In this document: one piece after another, positions 61,595 to 64,000 of the stretch
Position numbering within the stretch: position 1 is the stretch's first letter
How the letters are laid out: each line of letters starts with the position of its first letter
Assembly: GCA_021295955.1 (NCBI GenBank)
Contig: JAGWBJ010000005.1
Location: 19,276 to 83,275 of the forward strand
From: Dehalococcoidia bacterium
GTDB taxonomy: Bacteria; Chloroflexota; Dehalococcoidia; Lucifugimonadales; JAGWBF01
DNA: 64,000 nucleotides
Direction of reading: 5' to 3'
Notes under the pieces: generated by a model
Seen by the model: only the letters and a program-made list of their open reading frames with translations
Database searches by the model: none
Told to the model about the DNA's origin: nothing
Position numbers and translations under genes: made by a program

Positions 61595-63022
61595 ATGGCT
61601 GCTCAGGACATCGTCTTCTGGTCTGCTGCGGAGACAGCCGCGGCGGTGAGATCGCAACAGGTGTCGCCTGTGGAGGTGGTCCAGGCGTACCTGGACCGGA
61701 TAGACCGGCTGGACTCCAAGCTCAACTCCTACATCACGGTCTGCGGCGAGGAGGCCTTGGCGGCGGCCCGGGAGCTGGAGTCGTCGGTCCATCGCGGTGA
61801 CACCTCTGGTGCGCTTCTGGGGGTCCCCGTCGCGGTGAAGGACCAGTTCTGGACCAAGGGCATCCCCACCACCAACGGCTCCCGGGTGTACGAGGGCTTC
61901 GTCACCGAGGAGGACAGCACCGTAATCGAGAGGATCAAAGGCGCGGGCGCCGTCCTCATCGGCAAGCTGAACATGGCCGAGCTGGCCATGGGCGGCACCC
62001 AGAACCCTCCCTATGGCACCCCCCGGAACCCGTGGGACCTGGAGCGGACTCCCGGGGACTCCAGCAGCGGGTCCGGGGTGGCCCTTGCAGCCCACCTGTG
62101 CGCCGCCTCGGTGGGAGAGGACACGGGGGGCTCGGGCCGCGGCCCGGCGGCCTACTGCGGCGTAACCGGCTTGCGGCCCACCTACACCCGGGTCAGCAGG
62201 TACGGCATGACGGCCATGTGCTGGTACATGGACGCCGCGGCCCCCATGACCAAGCGGGTGGAGGACTGCGCCCTGGTCCTGGGAGCCATAGCCGGGCACG
62301 ACCCCAGAGACCCCTTCACGAGCAGGCGGCCCGTGCCGGACTACGCCGCGCGCCTGAGGGACGGCGTCAGGGGGCTTCGCTTCGGCCTCATAAAGGAGCT
62401 GCACGAGAGCCCGGACATGCATCCCGACGTCAAGTCGGCGATCGAGGCGTCGCTGGAGGTGTTCCGGGAGCAGGGCGCCGAAGTGAGGGAGATATCCATA
62501 CCCTTAACAGCGCTGGGCGGGCCTATCTTCGTCGGCATAGCCGACACCGAGGGGGCCGGCGCCCGTGACGAGATCCTGCGGACCCGGCCCATGGACCTGG
62601 ACCACGCCACCAGGACACGGCTTCAGTCGGCGGCCCTGGTGCCCAGCAAGGTGTTTAACCGGGCAACCAAGGCCAGAGTCCTGCTCCGGCGCCAGTTCGT
62701 GGACGCATTCAAAGAGGTGGACGTACTGGTATCGACGACCGCCCCCTTCCCGGCGCCAAAGCACACCACCCTTACGGCCTCCTTCGAGAGCGCCGACGCC
62801 GTCCGGGCGCGGTTCTTCTTCAGGCGTTCCTACCCGGGGTGCTATGCCCTGACGGGCATGCCCGCCATCTCCATTCCGGGGGGCTTCACGTCCCAGGAGA
62901 GGATGCCTATCGGCCTGCAGCTCGGGGCCGGCCCCTTCGCCGAGGAGACGGTCCTGCGAGCGGCCCAGGCCTACGAGTCGGCCACCGAGTGGCACCTGAG
63001 GCGCGCCCCCCACGCCGAGTAG
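61595..63022 (+). CDS. amidase-signature enzyme (GatA/AtzE-like)
   Basis: Contains GVPVAVKDQF (Lys), GDSSSGSGVALAA and EDTGGSGRGPAAYCG. 475 aa. No gatB follows it. Confidence 0.88.
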   Translation: MAAQDIVFWSAAETAAAVRSQQVSPVEVVQAYLDRIDRLDSKLNSYITVCGEEALAAARELESSVHRGDTSGALLGVPVAVKDQFWTKGIPTTNGSRVYEGFVTEEDSTVIERIKGAGAVLIGKLNMAELAMGGTQNPPYGTPRNPWDLERTPGDSSSGSGVALAAHLCAASVGEDTGGSGRGPAAYCGVTGLRPTYTRVSRYGMTAMCWYMDAAAPMTKRVEDCALVLGAIAGHDPRDPFTSRRPVPDYAARLRDGVRGLRFGLIKELHESPDMHPDVKSAIEASLEVFREQGAEVREISIPLTALGGPIFVGIADTEGAGARDEILRTRPMDLDHATRTRLQSAALVPSKVFNRATKARVLLRRQFVDAFKEVDVLVSTTAPFPAPKHTTLTASFESADAVRARFFFRRSYPGCYALTGMPAISIPGGFTSQERMPIGLQLGAGPFAEETVLRAAQAYESATEWHLRRAPHAE

Positions 63023-63072
63023 AGCGGCACGCCCTCGGGGCGTCCGGGCGGAGGGCGAAGCCCGGGCAGCCG

Positions 63073-63101
63073 TTTACGGATTTCGTCTGCTGGTTTATAA
63101 T
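63073..63101 (+). promoter_or_regulatory. candidate sigma-70-type promoter
   Basis: TTTACG (63073-63078), a 17-nt spacer, TATAAT (63096-63101), about 100 nt before the ATG at 63201. Two GC hairpins (63029-63043, 63044-63065) precede it, after the amidase stop. Confidence 0.45.
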
Positions 63102-63200
63102 ACGGCCAACGCATAGCCGGACCGGGGCCGGCAGGCCGTACGGGATACGCGCCCGTTTTGCGGCCTACGGGTACCCTCGTAGCTTGCGGGAAGGGGACAA

Positions 63201-64000
63201 ATGGCGAGGACCGGTGGGTCGGCGCCCGCCAGCGAGGGAGCACCGGCGAGACACGAGGCTCTCGCCCTCTCGGGCCAGGATGTGGTCGGCCTTTACAGGC
63301 AGATGGTGCTTGCCCGCACCCTCGACGAGCGTATCTGGACACTTAATCGCCAGGGCAAGGTCCCCATCGCCGCCTCCAGCCAGGGCCACGAGGCCGCAGA
63401 GCTGGGGAGCCTCCTGGCCGCGGTGAAGGACGGGGGCTGCTTCCTCTTTCCATACTACAGGTGCCTGGCCCTCAAGGTCTCCGCGGGCCTCACTCCCCTT
63501 CAGGCCATGCTTTCATTCATGGGCAAGGAGGGAGACCCCTACAGCGGCGGCAGGCAGTTTCCCCTGCAGGGAGCGAACATCCCCAACGGGCTGATTCAGC
63601 TCTCCAACGTGGTGGGAGCGGGCCTCACCCAGTCAGTGGGATACGCGCTGGCCTGCAGGCTGCGGGGAGAGGAAACGGTGGTCCTCTCCTACTTCGGCGA
63701 CGGCGCGTCCAGCCAGGGCGAGTGCCACGAGGCCATGAACTTCGCCGGAGTCCACCGGCTCCCGGTCGTGTTCATTTGTGAGAACAACCGGTACGCCATA
63801 TCCGTCCCCCTTCGGCTGCAGATGGCCGTGGATGACGTAGCGGACCGGGCCGCATCCTACGGCTTCCCGGGCCGCGTCGTCGACGGCATGGACCCCTTCG
63901 ACGTCTACGAGGCCACCCTGGACGCCATCTCCCACGCTCGAAGCACCGGGCCGGTGCTGCTGGAGATGAAGGTGGAGCGGTACATGCCCCACACCACCGA
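63201..64000 (+). CDS. thiamine-diphosphate-dependent 2-oxoacid dehydrogenase E1 alpha subunit (3' end outside the window)
   Basis: Open frame from the ATG at 63201 to the window end. Contains LYRQMVLARTLDERIW...SSQGHEA and the TPP motif YFGDGASSQGECHEAMNFAGVHRLPVVFICENNRYAIS. Confidence 0.9.
   Translation, partial: MARTGGSAPASEGAPARHEALALSGQDVVGLYRQMVLARTLDERIWTLNRQGKVPIAASSQGHEAAELGSLLAAVKDGGCFLFPYYRCLALKVSAGLTPLQAMLSFMGKEGDPYSGGRQFPLQGANIPNGLIQLSNVVGAGLTQSVGYALACRLRGEETVVLSYFGDGASSQGECHEAMNFAGVHRLPVVFICENNRYAISVPLRLQMAVDDVADRAASYGFPGRVVDGMDPFDVYEATLDAISHARSTGPVLLEMKVERYMPHTT

Noticed and set aside
61407-63022. Canonical gatC-gatA (Asp/Glu-tRNA amidotransferase)
   Set aside because: Not adopted as the primary call. 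The small protein has 61 aa, much shorter than typical GatC. The amidase has GDSSSGSG rather than the GatA-type glycine/serine loop. No gatB follows, and a close stand-alone amidase paralogue exists at 24754-26157. This cannot be excluded without phylogeny.
1-64000. tRNA, rRNA, tmRNA, transposase/integrase and prophage genes
   Set aside because: I scanned the intergenic regions by eye for T-loop-like GGTTCGAATCC strings and for IS-type inverted-repeat and transposase motifs and found none. A tRNAscan/Infernal run would be needed to be definitive.

Overview
GC-rich, gene-dense chromosomal segment with about 60 protein-coding genes in alternating strand blocks. By eye I found no rRNA, tRNA, CRISPR array, transposase or integrase. 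Housekeeping genes (amt, pyk, fhs, radC, rsmI, metG, a polyprenyl synthase, lipA, gmk, aroA, tyrA, a TPP-dependent E1-alpha subunit) are interleaved with many paralogues of amide and N-heterocycle-cleaving enzymes. These include one fused and one split hydantoinase/oxoprolinase, two amidase-signature enzymes, an M20 peptidase, an amidohydrolase-3 protein, DUF1028, a ureidoglycolate-lyase-like protein, four alpha/beta-fold or serine hydrolases and an LLM flavin oxidoreductase. There are also six NHL-repeat beta-propeller genes. This paralogue content suggests a high-GC marine heterotroph such as a SAR202-type Chloroflexota, but that is inference from gene content only. The items most worth a second look are listed here. 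(1) A duplicated DUF1800 + NHL-propeller two-gene module that lacks the usual DUF1501 partner. (2) Three head-to-tail 278-aa PAL-like NHL paralogues containing an apparent gene-conversion tract. (3) A 79-aa His/Cys-rich repeat protein (HECDxHEHH x4) convergent with a CDF metal exporter that has its own His-rich octapeptide repeats, plus a dyad-flanked promoter. (4) A six-copy 37-bp tandem array in a divergent promoter region. (5) A 47-bp tandem triplication that includes a gene's stop codon. (6) A GatC-like mini-protein + amidase pair without gatB (AtzG/AtzE-like), behind a consensus promoter and a roughly 190-nt leader. (7) An in-frame alpha/beta-hydrolase-MsrB fusion. (8) A DUF433/DUF5615 toxin-antitoxin-like islet. 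All functional calls come from motif recognition by eye. No database search was run.
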